The notes beneath the pieces were generated by a model. It worked only from the letters and a program-made list of their open reading frames with translations, was not told where the DNA came from and ran no database searches. Shown piece by piece: positions 1 through 13,262 of a stretch of 64,000 nt of DNA (the stretch's first letter is position 1; every line of letters starts with the position of its first letter). The stretch comes from Podarcis pityusensis. Taxonomy: Eukaryota. The translations under genes were made by a program, and so were the position numbers. The stretch lies in the NCBI GenBank assembly GCA_964106645.2, contig OZ067041.1. One strand, written 5' to 3'.

Positions 1-34
1 TCAGCAGCTGGTTAAGTAGCAAGACAAATTCACG

Positions 35-270
35 GATTAGACAAATTCATGAAGAATAAGGCTATCAATGGTTACTAGCCATGATGGCTTGGTTTGGCTT
101 CCATGGTCAGAGAGAGTGATGCTTCTGAATACCAGCTGCTAGAAACCGCAAAAACGAATATATGAACTGCTTGTGGTTTTTCCGCAGGCATCTGGTTGGC
201 CACTTTGGGAGCAGAATGCTGGACTTAATGGGCCATTGACCTGATCCAGCTGGCTCTTCTTATGTCCTGT
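35..270 (+). mobile_element. CR1-type LINE 3' end fragment
   Basis: GGATTAGACAAATTCATG..GGCTATCAATGG..TAGCC ... GGCATCTGGTTGGCCACT..GGACT..ATGGGCCATTG.CCTGATCCAGC..TTATGT, which resembles the squamate CR1 3' UTR. Related copies occur elsewhere in the window. Confidence 0.7.
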
Positions 271-1218
271 CCAATATGTCACAATGGCAAACAGGATCTT
301 GACATTCCCATCCTCCAGGAATTTTTGAAATCTGTTTAATATGGTCCATACTCTCACTGGGAGCCTCTAGTACAGATAATAACTTCTCTTAGTGGTGTGT
401 GCGTTATGAGCTGAAATGTCTAAATTATTTTCGTCCTTACTAATAGGAAAGTGCAGCTGTCAGGCCTGTAAAGAAATGCCACCCTTGTCTTCACAGAATA
501 TCCATTCTGTGGTTACATCTCAGACTTACAAAACAAAATGTTCTCAGTAAAAGGCTCTGATGCAGTTGCGATATTTCAAGGCAAGGCTAGAGAGAATTAG
601 CAGTGTTACCAAACTGTTCTGAAATGTGTCTTGTTTTGTGTGGTGGGCAGTAATTTTTAGCTATGTTCAGAAAGTAGAATGAACTCCATTTCGATTAAAA
701 AATAATTGAAATGTATGTAGACAAAGGATTTTATCAGACAGTTATCAAACTCTTTACTACGGGAACCCAGCAATTACTGTTTTCCCTCTGCTGGTTATTT
801 GTTTCAAACCCTGATAGGTTTGTAGCTGTCTTCACTGCATAATATGTACTGCAGATACCTGCACTGACTTTTTCTGGAAGGGAGTTTGAAGAACAGAGAC
901 AAATAGCCTTCTAAGAAAAATATATTGCTTATCTCTAAGATTGGCTTCTGTACCACCGAAGTAGCACCAAGCTTTAAAAAGGGTTCAAGGGTTGTATAGG
1001 CTAGCTAACTAGAACATACATTTCAGGGGGGAAACTGGTTAAAAGTGTTAAGATAAGCTTAACACGCATATAGAAGAACAAGTCTTGCTGAAGAAAGAAT
1101 CAGCATGGCTTCTGTAAGGCAATTTCTGTCTTACTAATGCAGAGGTAGGCATTCATCCCCGACGGTCACATGTATGGGGGTGTCCTCATGCCAGAAAGCA
1201 GGGTCCACCAATGCTTGA

Positions 1219-1530
1219 AGATTCAGGACAGACAAAGGAAACTGCTTCTTCACACAGTGCAATGTTAAGTAAGATATAGTGATGGCTGCCAATTTATAGA
1301 ACTTTAGAAGAGGATTAGACAAATCCGTGGGAGAATAAAAAGCTACCAGCAGCTTCTAGCATTCATGGCTGTATACTACCTTTAGGAACAGCTGCAGGAC
1401 GCATCTGAATACCAGTTACAGGGGAACAAGTGAGAGAGATGGTTGTTAAAGGTAACAACTTGCTTGTGGGCTTTCTATAGACATCTGATTCACCCCTGCA
1501 TGGTTGATTTTCAGTCTAATGCAGTAGAGC
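1219..1530 (+). mobile_element. Degenerate CR1-type LINE, ORF2 end and 3' UTR
   Basis: AGATTCAGGACAGACAAAGG...TTCTTCACACAG (RFRTDK..FFTQ) and AGAGGATTAGACAAAT shared with the copy at 35-270. Confidence 0.65.
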
Positions 1531-2112
1531 TTACAAATGCAGTCTGAGACCTTCATTCTTCAAGTACTTATCAATGTTCTACCCAACAGAAATGGGTTCT
1601 TATCCCACACCGTAAGTTTAACTTCCATAGGGTGCAATACACCCTTTCCCCCTTTCATCCTTCTGATCTATTTCTGGGACATGAGTAAATTCTGCCAGAC
1701 ATCTTGGCTTTTTTTTTTAGTTACACTTGGAAAGATTAAAACCATTTGCTCCTTGAATCAAGGATGCTTGGTAAAAAAACATTTTTACATCTCTGACCTA
1801 ATATACTTTTTGTTATGTGCTATCTTAAGATATCTTAAAAATATTAGCTCGTTAACTTTTTTTAATTCTAATAAGGAAAGACTTGGTTACCTGCTGTGAT
1901 ATAGTTCTAATTTTTCTCCAAACGTAAGTAGATGATGCTGAGTACCATATGCACATCCTGGGCTTGGAGTGCTATGACTCATAAGTGTCATCTCATGATA
2001 AGTGCTGCTGTGTAGTCTTGGCTGCTAGCTTCAGCTATTTAAAAAGAAAAGAAAAGACTGGTCTGATGTGGAGTTATTCCAAATGATGATGTTTGTACTC
2101 AATCCATCTAGC

Positions 2113-2246
2113 CCAGGGTGCGAATCCTGTGGCCTTCGACATGCCTTTGCACTACAAGTCCCATCATCGCTGATCTTTAGCATTGGTCATGCTGATGGGA
2201 GTGGGAGTCCAGCAACATCTGCAAGGTCAGGTAGACCCCATCCCTG
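2113..2246. mobile_element. Degenerate palindromic hAT-type MITE (family of 27347-27484)
   Basis: ACTACAAGTCCCATCA ... TGATGGGAGT.GGAGTCCAGCAACATCTG inverted arms. Confidence 0.55.
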
Positions 2247-2559
2247 ACTGGGGACTCTGCTACACAGCTGCAAATAAAACGTTTTAAATGTGTTGTAAAG
2301 TGCAATATACAAATGTGACACTAGATGGCAACCGTAAGCTATGCCAAACTCAATGTATTTCTCAAAACATTTTTTTTTTTAAAAATTCACAGTGTGTTTT
2401 TTTTAATGTGTGTAGATTCCACTCTAGTCTGTTCAGACAGAAAACACATTTTTTCAGAGAGCCATATTATTTCTATAATGTGGATTGCATGTGGGTCTTT
2501 TTGCAGACTCTCGGCTCAGTGGAAACCATTCCTTTTAATGATGCCAGCTGAAGGACATA

Positions 2560-2607
2560 TCCAGTCTCTAAAACGTAATACTGTCCAGTTTCTAAAACGT
2601 AATACTC
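2560..2607. repeat. 24-bp tandem duplication
   Basis: TCCAGTCTCTAAAACGTAATACTG followed by TCCAGTTTCTAAAACGTAATACTC. Confidence 0.9.
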
Positions 2608-2620
2608 TAAATACATAATA

Positions 2621-2870
2621 CAGTGTGGTGTAGTGGTTAAGAGCAGTGGACTCGTAATCTGGTGAACTGGGTTTGATTCCCCATTCCTCCACATGCAGCT
2701 GCTGGGTGAGCTTGGGCTAGTCACACTTCTCTGAAGTCTCTCAGCCTCACTCACCTCACAGAGTGTTTGTTGTGGGGGAGGAAGGGAAAGGAGATTGTTA
2801 GCGGCTTTGATACTCCTTAGGGTAGTGATAAAGTGGGATATCAAATCCAAACTATTCTTCTTCTCTTCTT
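2621..2870 (+). mobile_element. tRNA-derived SINE, Squam3-like, with CTT-rich tail
   Basis: A box TGGTGTAGTGG and B-box-like GGTTTGATTCC. Highly similar to 27583-27882. Confidence 0.85.
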
Positions 2871-5800
2871 TATTGCAAGGTTTCACTTAACTTACATTCT
2901 GTACAGTCCTGTACATTCCTATAAAACTGAATACCAAACCTCTCTCAGTATGTTCAGATGAGTTGCATATTATACCCTACTCTCATAGCAAGCAGTTTAA
3001 GAATGGCCTGCAAAAGGTCCCCAGGTGGCTCCCTATTCAAGCTCTGCTAGGGGGCCAGATTCCCTGGGCTTTGGCAGTTGGATTTTGTGGACCTTTCATC
3101 TACCTGCTCATGACTGGGAAATCCCTAATCTTGCTATGTCCCTGAATTAGCTAAATACAGAAGTTCACATGTTTTAGTCCAAGGGAATCTTGCATTCTCT
3201 GAGCAAATAAAAATAATTTGACAATCCCCTTTTATACAAATTGCCCATAGATTTGAGGGGGGAAATCAGCCCAGTGTAAGAACTGAAGTCCCATGAATAC
3301 TGAGCACATAGTGGCATCTTACCTTGATTCACAATGTCTCTGCCAATTAAGAAATTACCTGAGCCTGGGCTTTGGCTTCTTTTAGAATGTATAAGCAAAT
3401 GAACAGAGCAGCACTGAGAGCAATTGTGAAAGAATCTCTAATGTGTTTTTTTTTTTTTGCGTGTGTTTTTTTAAAAAATAACAAATAAGAATCCTTAAAT
3501 GGTTTAGGTTCTCACCCCCTTTCCAACAAAATCTAAACTTTCAGTAGTAATGCTCTACTTGGGAACAGGTTCGGCAATTTCAAATAATAGTACATGTTGA
3601 AAAAATTGCAAAGCAGATTATCTTTTGGAGAAATAATGTTTGCACACTGGTATTTGAAAGTTTTGGGGGAAGCTTAAGGTTAATTAAAATATTTTAAAAT
3701 ATAAGTAACTTTGTTTTAGCATAAACTTTGAAGATGAGAAAATTCCTGAAAAACTGTGACTTCATGTTTCAGGGCAAACAGTCTGTCTCTAGTCTGCATT
3801 TCTAGTTATTCACATGGTCTTTTAGTATGGGCACCCTGCTGATTTGGTGATGTGTAACTACATGACAGCAATATCTGAAAGTCACTATTGATCTTCATCA
3901 CATTCATATCAATAGCTTCGTAGTGAAAGGTCTGTATTCCTTCCTGTTCCCAGAGCTCCCTATTAATTTAGTGGTGCTTAACTCTTAGCATTTCTATCTG
4001 CATAAAATGTGCTGAATCCCCTATAAATGAGACAAAATAGATTATCATCAAAACAATGTCATGCAACACAGAATTATTATTCCCTTGTACTGCCCCCCAC
4101 AGATATCAAATGCTACAGAAACGGACAACTTTGTATAACATTGGGTTCTTTTGCAAGATTTTGAAACAGTATCATTCTCACACATAAGGCAACAATAGTG
4201 AATTATTATTGGTCAGCTTATAGCAAACAATAGGAGAGCCTCCATGTACTGTCGTATCAATTGTTTCAATGAATATGTATACAATGACTTCTTAATCTTT
4301 TTTTGTCAGCTCACGTCTTGAAAAAAATGTTTAGATATATAAAGGAAAGCAAACAACTCTAGCATTATTTAAAAAGGCTAGACTTTAACATTTCTTCTTC
4401 CTCGAACAGGAAGTTGTTATACATCACTAGCATTTAATTGTACTTATGACTGACGTCAACAGAAAAATCCATGGTCTGTCAGTCTGTTGAGTGCACACAA
4501 GAGGAAGATGGCACTAGTGGATGGCTACTGGTAACCACAGTTTGACTCAAGATTAAGAGCTCAGAGTCATTTGACTACAGCATGAACTCAGCTTGATATC
4601 TGAGCCATGTTTTACCATGCCTTATAGCTCAGCTCCCAAAGCAATTCTCAAACCAAATTTGAAAATCCACCCAAAGATGCAGTGCAATATATATGGCAGT
4701 CTCTTCTGGCCCCTTGCAGTTGATGGCATGGTGTAGGTTCCAGAGGGGGCGGGGCAAAAGGAGCTGCAGCTTTCCCCTGGTGGTAAAGATGCCAAACCAC
4801 AGAAGCAGACCTTTTATTGGTCTGCCAGGTTCTTCTGGTTTCTGGCTGCCCAATAAATGTGCACTCTGGGCCAGGCTAGGAGATGCTGCCATTTGTGCCA
4901 TTATCAGTTGTGTTGAATGGCTTTTTAACAAGTAAATGGCAGGTGCAGTGGTCTCAATCTATATTGGGACCATAACAGGGACCATAACTATCACTATCAG
5001 GGTCTTGATCTGGATTGGGGAGGCCACCTGCTAACTGCATGAGTTGCTAATATCATGAATGGCATCTCATACAGTTTTGTCCTCAGTTGTGAAGTTCTGC
5101 ATATAGCGAAGCAATTCCGTGAGAATTGTCCTTAAATTCATTTTTCACTGTGGTTTAAGATTACGGCACGGTCCAGGACTTGAGCTTTATGAGAGATGCT
5201 TTTGTGAGCTTGCTTAAACAAAGTTTTGATCCCCCTATTAGATTTACAGTCTTGCAGTGCATTCTCAGAAGAAGCTTTATGAAGATCAGAATCTTGTTAC
5301 CTCAAAACACATGCATGCATGCACCCACCCACCCAAAATTGACTTGGCACGTTTGACAAATCAAATGTGCCCATACACCATAGAAAGCCTGGACTTGTTT
5401 AATCCAGACCTCAATGACTGGCATTGATACTCACTCACGGAGATGCTGGATATTGCTGGTATCCTGGCTCTCCTTGCCAGACTCAGAACTCTAACTCCCA
5501 CGAGGCAGTACAGCATCCCAACATGGTTCTACAGCTTACAAATGGATACGACATGGCACAGCTCTTTGTTACATGGCTAGGCTGGAGATAAGACGTGAAT
5601 CCAACACTTGACATGCCCACCCCATGCTCTCCTTTTGAAAAGCAGGGCAGGCACAGCTATTTGCACAGTTGACTTTCTGATCCTTAGGACTGGGCAAACA
5701 AATAGGTACTCCTCTATAGAGGCTGGGCATGCAGGGTTTGGTCATGCTGGTATTGTTGTCTCTGCAACTTTGGAGATGGAGTTGGCTCAATGCCAGATTT

Positions 5801-8429
5801 ATCCCCAGCCACCTCCACAGAAGGGGAGTGCTCTTCACTGAGGGGGAGCGCATGGGAGCCACCTCTACAGCTTGTGAGATTGCACTTGTGGGGGTTCAGT
5901 TTCACATGAGCAGGATACTCTTCTGACATCCCATAAGTACATTCCTCTAGACCCAGACTCAAACCACTGGGATGCCCAGACTTTTCCTGGGGTCCCAGAT
6001 TCTCATCTCCCAACCCAGTAGGGCCTTCCCCCAAATCAGCCTCCTCCAATTGTCCAAACCAGGGGTGTAGCATGGGGGAGCTGAGGGGGCTGTCACCCTG
6101 GACAGGTTTTTTTGGGATGTGCATCAAGGCACCCTGCCCCATCAAGAGCTATTGCATCCTTCTTAGCTGACCTCCACCTGAAGGGTAGCTGAGAAGGATT
6201 CAACAGGCTGCACCCTGGTCCCTGCAAGTCCAGTACTGCTTCTGCAAGTGGCTCTGGGCTCACAGGGAGGGCTCCTTAAGCTGTTGTGTCCTTCTCAAGG
6301 TGCTGTCCAGCTGGGCAGCACTGGGCGCAGGTGGGGAATGCTCCGCCACTGGTCCAAAGTCCTATTCTTCCTTGTCATCCTTGTCATCCTCTTCAAGATG
6401 TGACCTCAGGACACTCAACAGCTTGGGCTCCTTAAGCTGCACTTCACTGTCTGTGAAATGGGAATTAATGATGATTTTGCTTTCCCCATCCCACTTTGTT
6501 GTGAAGATGAGTGAGATAAAGAAGCATTTTTCACTAAACCTGGCATCTTTAAGAGCAGGGTGGGATAGAAAGCAAAAGTTGAATAAATAACTTTAAAGAT
6601 GACTTATAAACATGTATTAAAATAGAGTGTCTCTAAAAGACAAAAAAATAAGTTCTCGTCCATGGCAACTTCATCAGTGTTGCTTAGCAGCAGCTTTTAA
6701 AATAGCTGTATTACTCAGCGGCATCAGCCCACACATAGATGTGCTAAATGACACTTTCTGATTTTGCCATATTGCGAAAGAGATAACCAAATGCCTGAAA
6801 TGCATCTCCGAGTCTTTGCTAGTGGGTTTTGATGTGACATGGCTTGGAGGCCCTGTGCTGCAGAACAACATGTGTGCACAGACGGCACTACTCCCCGTGG
6901 TGCACAGGGCAATCATCCTGCCGCTTGGCTGGCAGCCAAGGCTAATGGCAGTGTCAATACGCTAAAGCGCCAGCCTGAACCAGATGCAAAGCCCCTAAAA
7001 GCAACAAGCACTGATTTAGAAACTGACCTAGATCACTGTGGTTCTCGCAGGCCAATCCTGCAGAACACATTCTGGCCATATCATGGCACTGCTGATAACC
7101 AGCCAACTGAAGTATCTCTAATTTCTATAGCCTACTGCATATACTTGCTTATTTGAATCCCGGTCGCACAAACCCAGCTTTCATGGTAGTGGTGAAAAAC
7201 AAGCAAATTTGTATTTTATTTTTGCCTGGACTCTGTAAACAACTAGATCACCTTCAATGAGAGCTTTTGATCTGAAGCAGAAGCACGTCAGCTCGTGAAA
7301 AGTGTAGCCACTAGATTATCATGCATCTTTAAATTTACGGTGTTCCCAAATGTGTTGTTGACTACCCAGTGTTTTCTCAAATTTGTTACGTACAAGAAAG
7401 AGAAACTTTTCTAAATGCCATTTGCAAGTGCATGCAACCGAATTAACTCTTTAGTTCCAGCATTCCCCACCACCCTGCATGGTTTCATCCTGTAGAGCTC
7501 AAGCACATGCAGTACCCATTTGCTGGACTTGCAGGAAGCAGTGGATTAAGCTTATTTGTGAAGAGAGTGGGTACGCTTTGCTTTTGATAATGATAGTCTG
7601 TTTACATGGTACCAAATGGGGCACATGCCAGAGAAGAGGTAGAAAAAGTATTCAAGGAGCTATAGGTAATACTGGAAAGTGTGGAGGTGCAAGGGCTGCA
7701 CCTCCAGAAATATCTCCATACACGTGTGGAGAAGATCATAGCAATGATTTACCCAGCACTGTTGCTGGGTAAAGTATTGCCTGTATTCTGATGGTGGTAA
7801 CACACTTAAATTATGAGCTGCAAACAAGCACAGGCACACTTGCGCCAGCCATTATGATTATGGGCTTTAGAAATGGAGAGAATTGTACAAATACTAAGGG
7901 TCAACATCCTTCTAATTGCATCACTACTCATTATGACATTAAATTGCTGTCACATTTGTCTCTGCAGCCACAAAAGCCGGAAAATTCCTCTTCCGAAAGG
8001 GGAGGGAGGGAGAGTAAAAATATACCTAGTGTTCTCAAGACTGTTGGAAGAAAGTGTGTGGGATGAAGTGTGTAGGCTGCCTATGGATTCTTCAGGGGCC
8101 TGTAGGCTGTTTAATGGCCAGCCTTGCTCCAAAATGCAAGTGTTTTGCTTCGGAAAACACATTTCAGTACCTACTTTAGCAGCCCAATCAAAGGCTGAAA
8201 AAATGCTGCAATTAATACTCTCTAACATTTGCCACTGTGTACTGTTTTTCTGTGAAATGCATTTACTTTGTTTAGTTCCCAGTTTTAACATGCAGAAATG
8301 GGGAAAAAGGAAAAAAGAGATTGGTTTTATTGATATCTAAACAATATGGTGGTTTGGTTAAAGTTTAACCTTGCTAATTTAAAGGTAATGATGAACTGAA
8401 AACATAGTTGCGGAATTGCTGGTATATAT

Positions 8430-8579
8430 TGTTGCTGTTGTTTAGTTGTTTAGTCGTGTCCGACTCTTCATGACCCCATGGACCAGAGCACGCCAGGCAC
8501 TCCTGTCATCCACTGCCTCCCGTAGTTTGGTCAAACTCATGCTGGTAGCTTCGAGAACTCTGTCCAACCATCTCGTCCT
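8430..8579 (-). mobile_element. Bov-B (RTE clade) LINE 3' fragment, 5'-truncated
   Basis: Minus strand encodes RTRWLDRVLEATSMSLTKLREAVDDRSAWRALVHGVMKSRTRLNN followed by a (CAA)-type tail. TSD CTGGTATATAT at 8419-8429 and 8580-8590. Confidence 0.88.
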
Positions 8580-8850
8580 CTGGTATATATGTCTCCTGTT
8601 AAGTCACTGGTAGGCAACCTGTGGCTCTCTAACTCCTTTGCCATGACCCCCTCCCCAGTCTGAAAAGTGAGAAGGGAGGGAGGGATAAGGGAAGACAGCA
8701 AGGCAAAGTGCCACACCCACATTTTGTTTGGGGCCCTCATATGGCCTTGTCTCCTTTCAAGGAGCATGCCTGCCGCATGTTCAAGTCATTATTGAAACAA
8801 GCTTAGCATGTGCACTATGCAAACTAAGGTGCATTTTAAGAATATATTGG

Positions 8851-9068
8851 CATAAGAAGAGTCCTGCTTGACTGGGCTCATGACCCATCTAGTGCAGCAT
8901 CCTGTTCTCGCAGTGGTCAGCCGGATGCTTATGGGAAGCCAACAGGCAGGACTTTAGCACAACAGCACTCTCTTCACTTGCAATTACCAGAAACTCATAT
9001 TTGGAAGTATACTGCCTTTAACAGCAGCTAATAGCCATTGATAGCCTTATCAAAAATGATTTTGTCTA
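8851..9068 (-). mobile_element. CR1-type LINE 3' fragment
   Basis: Reverse complement of the motifs at 35-270 (CCCATCTAGT.CAGCATCCTGTTCTC, TAGCCATTGATAGCCTTAT, TTGTCTAAT). Confidence 0.65.
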
Positions 9069-9488
9069 ATTTTTGGCAAAAATGCACTATATTATAGAAA
9101 AAGTGGGGCTTTCAAGAGTTCTGTGTCATCTCATGTAAGGATGGAAGCCAATTCAAAATGCCTCAAGACTGGTTTCAGGTCAAGGAAGGAGAAAAAAACC
9201 TAACTACACAAAGCTCCAATTAACCTTTTTGTAGAACATTATATTTCCCAGAGACCATGTGTGACAAGTGCAATGGCTACTCAATTGAAGAACAGTTGGC
9301 ATAGCTTTTGAATCATGCAATGCTTCATACTGTATCTCTGCTGTATCCCCTTTCACATGTCAGGAATTAAGAGAACAGCACTGCCCAGAGGTTTATCCCA
9401 GTCTTGAATTGAGAATGTGGTCTCTGAATACAGAGGCTCCATTTAGCGAACTTCATGCATTTTGGCAGCAATTATCAAAAGGATCGCT

Positions 9489-9492
<4 letters not shown>

Positions 9493-9525
<33 letters not shown>
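9493..9525. repeat. (CA)n microsatellite
   Basis: Direct reading. Confidence 0.95.
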
Positions 9526-9526
<1 letters not shown>

Positions 9527-10687
9527 ACAGTTGGAGACCCCAAGCTAGTTTCTTATGTAGTTATGCCAACTCTTTTATGTTGGGATATAAACCTGGATTA
9601 ATTTTATTGTTTCTGAAATCAGTGGCATCAAATATTGTGGGTAGTCCTTAATTTTCTCCTTTTTTTGTGGACTTGTGGCTGCCCCAAAGGCAATGGAGTG
9701 GACCCACCAAAGAAGTAGGAGCAGAAAGAGTAAATCCATTAGTACTATCACACAATGCCTAATGGGAAACTCTTCACGGCTACAGGGCCATACATGTGGG
9801 GCATGCACTTCCCTCATTGCAAAGCATGCTATGCCTGGCACATCTGCCCTCCACCCCTAACTGTTTTCTTTGCCCTTTGGATTTCATGTCATTGCGTTTG
9901 CAAGTGTTTTGCAGTGGCAACATCCATGCACCTCTAGCCATTGAGACATTAATCAGGGATTTAAGTTCTAAAAAGTAAAACATGATACATCCAGAGGGGA
10001 AGATAATGTGCAAATGGCGGTACAAAAGCTTGTGCAAATAGAACAGCATATCTGGATTTCCATTCACCCACGCCCCATTAAATTGAGAAGAGGATTCCAT
10101 TGTTGCAGGGCACTGTTGGAGCTAAACACAATGTCTATGAAGCTAAACATACCTTTTGAAAGGAAAATGCCTCTTTAAAGGAGAATGATCTTTCCCCTTC
10201 TACAATATGCATATTAATACTAGTGTCTAACTGCTTTGCTAGCTGAATCTGGAAGCCTCATATTTTTTGGGGGGGGGGGGGAATAGTCAAGTTGGGAGCA
10301 GTTGTTCAATCCAGAAAGAAGCTTAAGGGATTAAAAGGAATTAACATTTTGACATTAGCTAGAAGAGTCTGGGCAATGGACTACTTTCTGTTCAACTGCA
10401 TGATATTTCTTTGATCAGCATGCTATGAAGGGCATAATCTATACTAATGGTGAACTCATTTGCCAAGTGTGAGTCTTCACATAGTGAAAATGCCACCCAC
10501 CCACACCCAAGAGGGGACATACCAGCAGGCTCAGGGGAACCCCAAGATTTACAGAAGTACAAACAATCCCTAGGAGAAAAATCTGAGGGGATTGAGACTC
10601 CGAGGCAGTACAGTGAGGAGAGCATGCTCAGTCGCCAAATAACTCTGACAATTGGGCGTGAGTATCCTAGAAAACACGTATCCTGGA

Positions 10688-11032
10688 GGGACGCGGGTGG
10701 TGCTGTGGGTTAAACCACAGAGCCTAGGGCTTGCTGATCAGAAGGTCAGTGGTTCGAATCCCCGCGACGGGGTGAGCTCCCGCTGCTCGGTCCCTACTCC
10801 TGCCAACCTAGCAGTTCGAAAGCACATCAGAGTGCAAGTAGATAAATAGGTACTGCTCCGGCAGGAAGGTAAACGGCGTTTCCATGCGCTGCTCTTGATC
10901 GCCAGAAGTGGCTTAGTCATTCTGGCCACATGTTGGCTGTACACTGGCTCCCTCAGCCAATAAAGCGAGATGAGTGCCGCAACCCCAGAGCCGTCCGCGA
11001 CTGGACCTAATGGTCAGGGGTCCCTTTACCTT
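10688..11032 (+). mobile_element. Full-length Sauria SINE (Squam1)
   Basis: GGGACGCGGGTGG head, B box GGTTCGAATCC, ACCTTT tail. TSD TATCCTGGA at 10679-10687 and 11033-11041. Confidence 0.92.
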
Positions 11033-12898
11033 TATCCTGGAAAACTGTCTAGCTAACTGGCTGACATATTGAATTAGAGCATTCCACACTGAAACATTTT
11101 ATTTCAGATCTCATTTGTAGTGGTTTAAGTTGGAACCCAAGGAAACAATAAATATCTGCTCCCTCCCCCTGCCTCCACAAGAAGGCTGTTCATTCATCAG
11201 TCCATTCATAATGTGAAATGACTTTTCAATAGTTTCTCAAAGGACTGTGTTTTTGTTGTGATACATCAGCTCACACCTTGGCAGGATTTAGTTTCAGATG
11301 CCAAAGGGTACAATATAATCCTTGGTCAAAGCCCTCGGATGCCTATACATAAGTGCCATACCTTCAGCTCTGGAATTATGGCATTAGAAACTCCTACCAT
11401 ATCTTATCAAACAGTGGCTGTTGCTCACTTTCTATTTTGAATGTTGAATGCAATCTTTTCTCCCCCCCCCCCCCCGTTCTAAAAATGAATTTAAGCAAGG
11501 AAAAGGAAACCTATTGAGAAAGCATTGACGTTTGTTCTCTGAACAGACTATAAATAGCACAACTCAAAGGCATATCTCTTCATGTTGCTTTGTGTGAACT
11601 CTTTATGTTAAAGGCTATAGCCGGAATCATATGATATGTCCTGGAGGAAACCTTAAAATAAGCATGCAGAATTGCACATGCATAATTAGCCATGTTGTGC
11701 TGCTATGGAACATCTGTTCTTTCCAGCAGAATTTTGCAAAAGAGACATTTCCAATTTATTGTGTCCAAAAAGTGCACCTCAGTTACATTTATTTTTAATT
11801 ATTTGAGGGCCAAATCAACTGTTAAAAATTATTTGCTGCATTTGTATCTCATTATTTTCCCCAAGGACCCTAGAGTGACATTCTTCTATCATAACAACAT
11901 TCTCTGGTCAATGCAGCACAAAACTGCTACTCCTTTGTAATGGCATAAATTAGATAAGTTCCTTGGATTTTAAATCATTTTGTTCTGCTGGATGAACTAC
12001 ATTTTTAATAGCCATTCATTTTGGGTGCTATAATCAAATCTTTTTCATTCATTTTTGAAAGTTGGTAAAGGCACTTCCTAAACCAAACCTTATACAGCAG
12101 TTCTAGCAGGTTTATTCATTTTTTGTTTTGTTTTTTACCCACTATGTCCTGATTTTTTAAACACCTTGCTTTAACACAATTCTGTTAAAGCAATTTTGCT
12201 TTATCAATATCCTATTTGCTGCTTGCTAGCACCCAAAGAATGAATTTTCTTTCACATACTATTATTCATTTGATATCTCAAGATATAAATATATATCTAG
12301 TCTATTATATTTCAATATATTATTGTTCTTTTATCAGCCAATTGTCTTCCTGTACAGATAAACATTTTCATGAAAATGTCAAATACTGGTAGAAAAAATA
12401 GAAAGAAGTACAAAAGTCGGCCTTTCTTCAGCCAGCTAGAAAATAAAATATTACCTACTTGCAGAAATATTGCATCAGTTTTACACCTGAGTAAGAACTA
12501 CTGGTCTTTGCTATTAATTGTCTCCTTTTAGGACTAGCCAGTTCTTTAAATAGTCCAATAGGATCCAAGCCAAATGCTTAGTAGCTGGTTTCTACAGCAC
12601 TCATAAAAGAGTTGATATTGTTGTCTTATGACTCTCAGAAAGTTCACACATCTGTCAACTTGAAAATTGTTCTGTCCTCATGTGAGCAATTATGGGATTG
12701 ATACATAATCTGAATGTACTGTGGAGCTTACTTAGTCATTCCCAAAGTTTAAAGGTGAGTGTCAAATAAACATAGCCAAAATGTACTTGTGTGATTAAGA
12801 ACCCTGATCTTCTATACATGCTGTGTGATGAGAGGGGTGGTAACCCATAGTCCTTTTCTCCTTGTTCTGTTCTAAAAGTCTTAATTGTACTTTTCATT

Positions 12899-13262
12899 GG
12901 CCTGGTTTGAACATCACTTGAAACCCTAGTTTAACTATGGTTTAATGCAAAAGACCAGTGTACAGGTGCACAGTTCTTAAATGTCCCTACCTTGCTTCTC
13001 TTCTGCTCCTGGTATAGCCGCAAGCAACTAACCCCAAGCCTTGGCATATCCTGTCATTCAAATCTGGGCTTGTGTTTTGTTTTTCCCAAATAAGCCACAA
13101 GCACTAAACATTGACTACCACTCATGACTTGTTTGGTTTGGACAACACAACAAGCCAAGGTTTGTTGCTCTTTGTGCAGGGGAGGAGTGACATGAACACT
13201 ACTTGTTCACATTAACCATAGTTAAACATTACAGTGGTTTAATGTGACATGTGAAGCAGGCC
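12899..13262. mobile_element. Old palindromic non-autonomous DNA element (possibly PIF/Harbinger-like)
   Basis: GGCCTG...TTTAACTATGGTTTAATG at the left mirrors CATTAACCATAGTTAAA...CAGGCC at the right. ATT flanks both ends. Confidence 0.45.

Noticed and set aside
2548-2607. Possible hammerhead (CTGAAGGA...AAAACGT) or CRISPR-like repeat
   Set aside because: The core deviates from CUGANGA/GAAA and lacks helices. The repeat is a simple two-unit tandem duplication without spacers in a eukaryotic genome.
2621-2700. tRNA gene (also at 10688, 27583, 34254)
   Set aside because: The A/B boxes belong to SINE heads that continue into SINE bodies and tails; no complete cloverleaf.
7479-8340. Cluster of 90-155 aa ORFs on both strands
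   Set aside because: No homology I can recognise, no consistent splice signals, and composition typical of random intronic ORFs.
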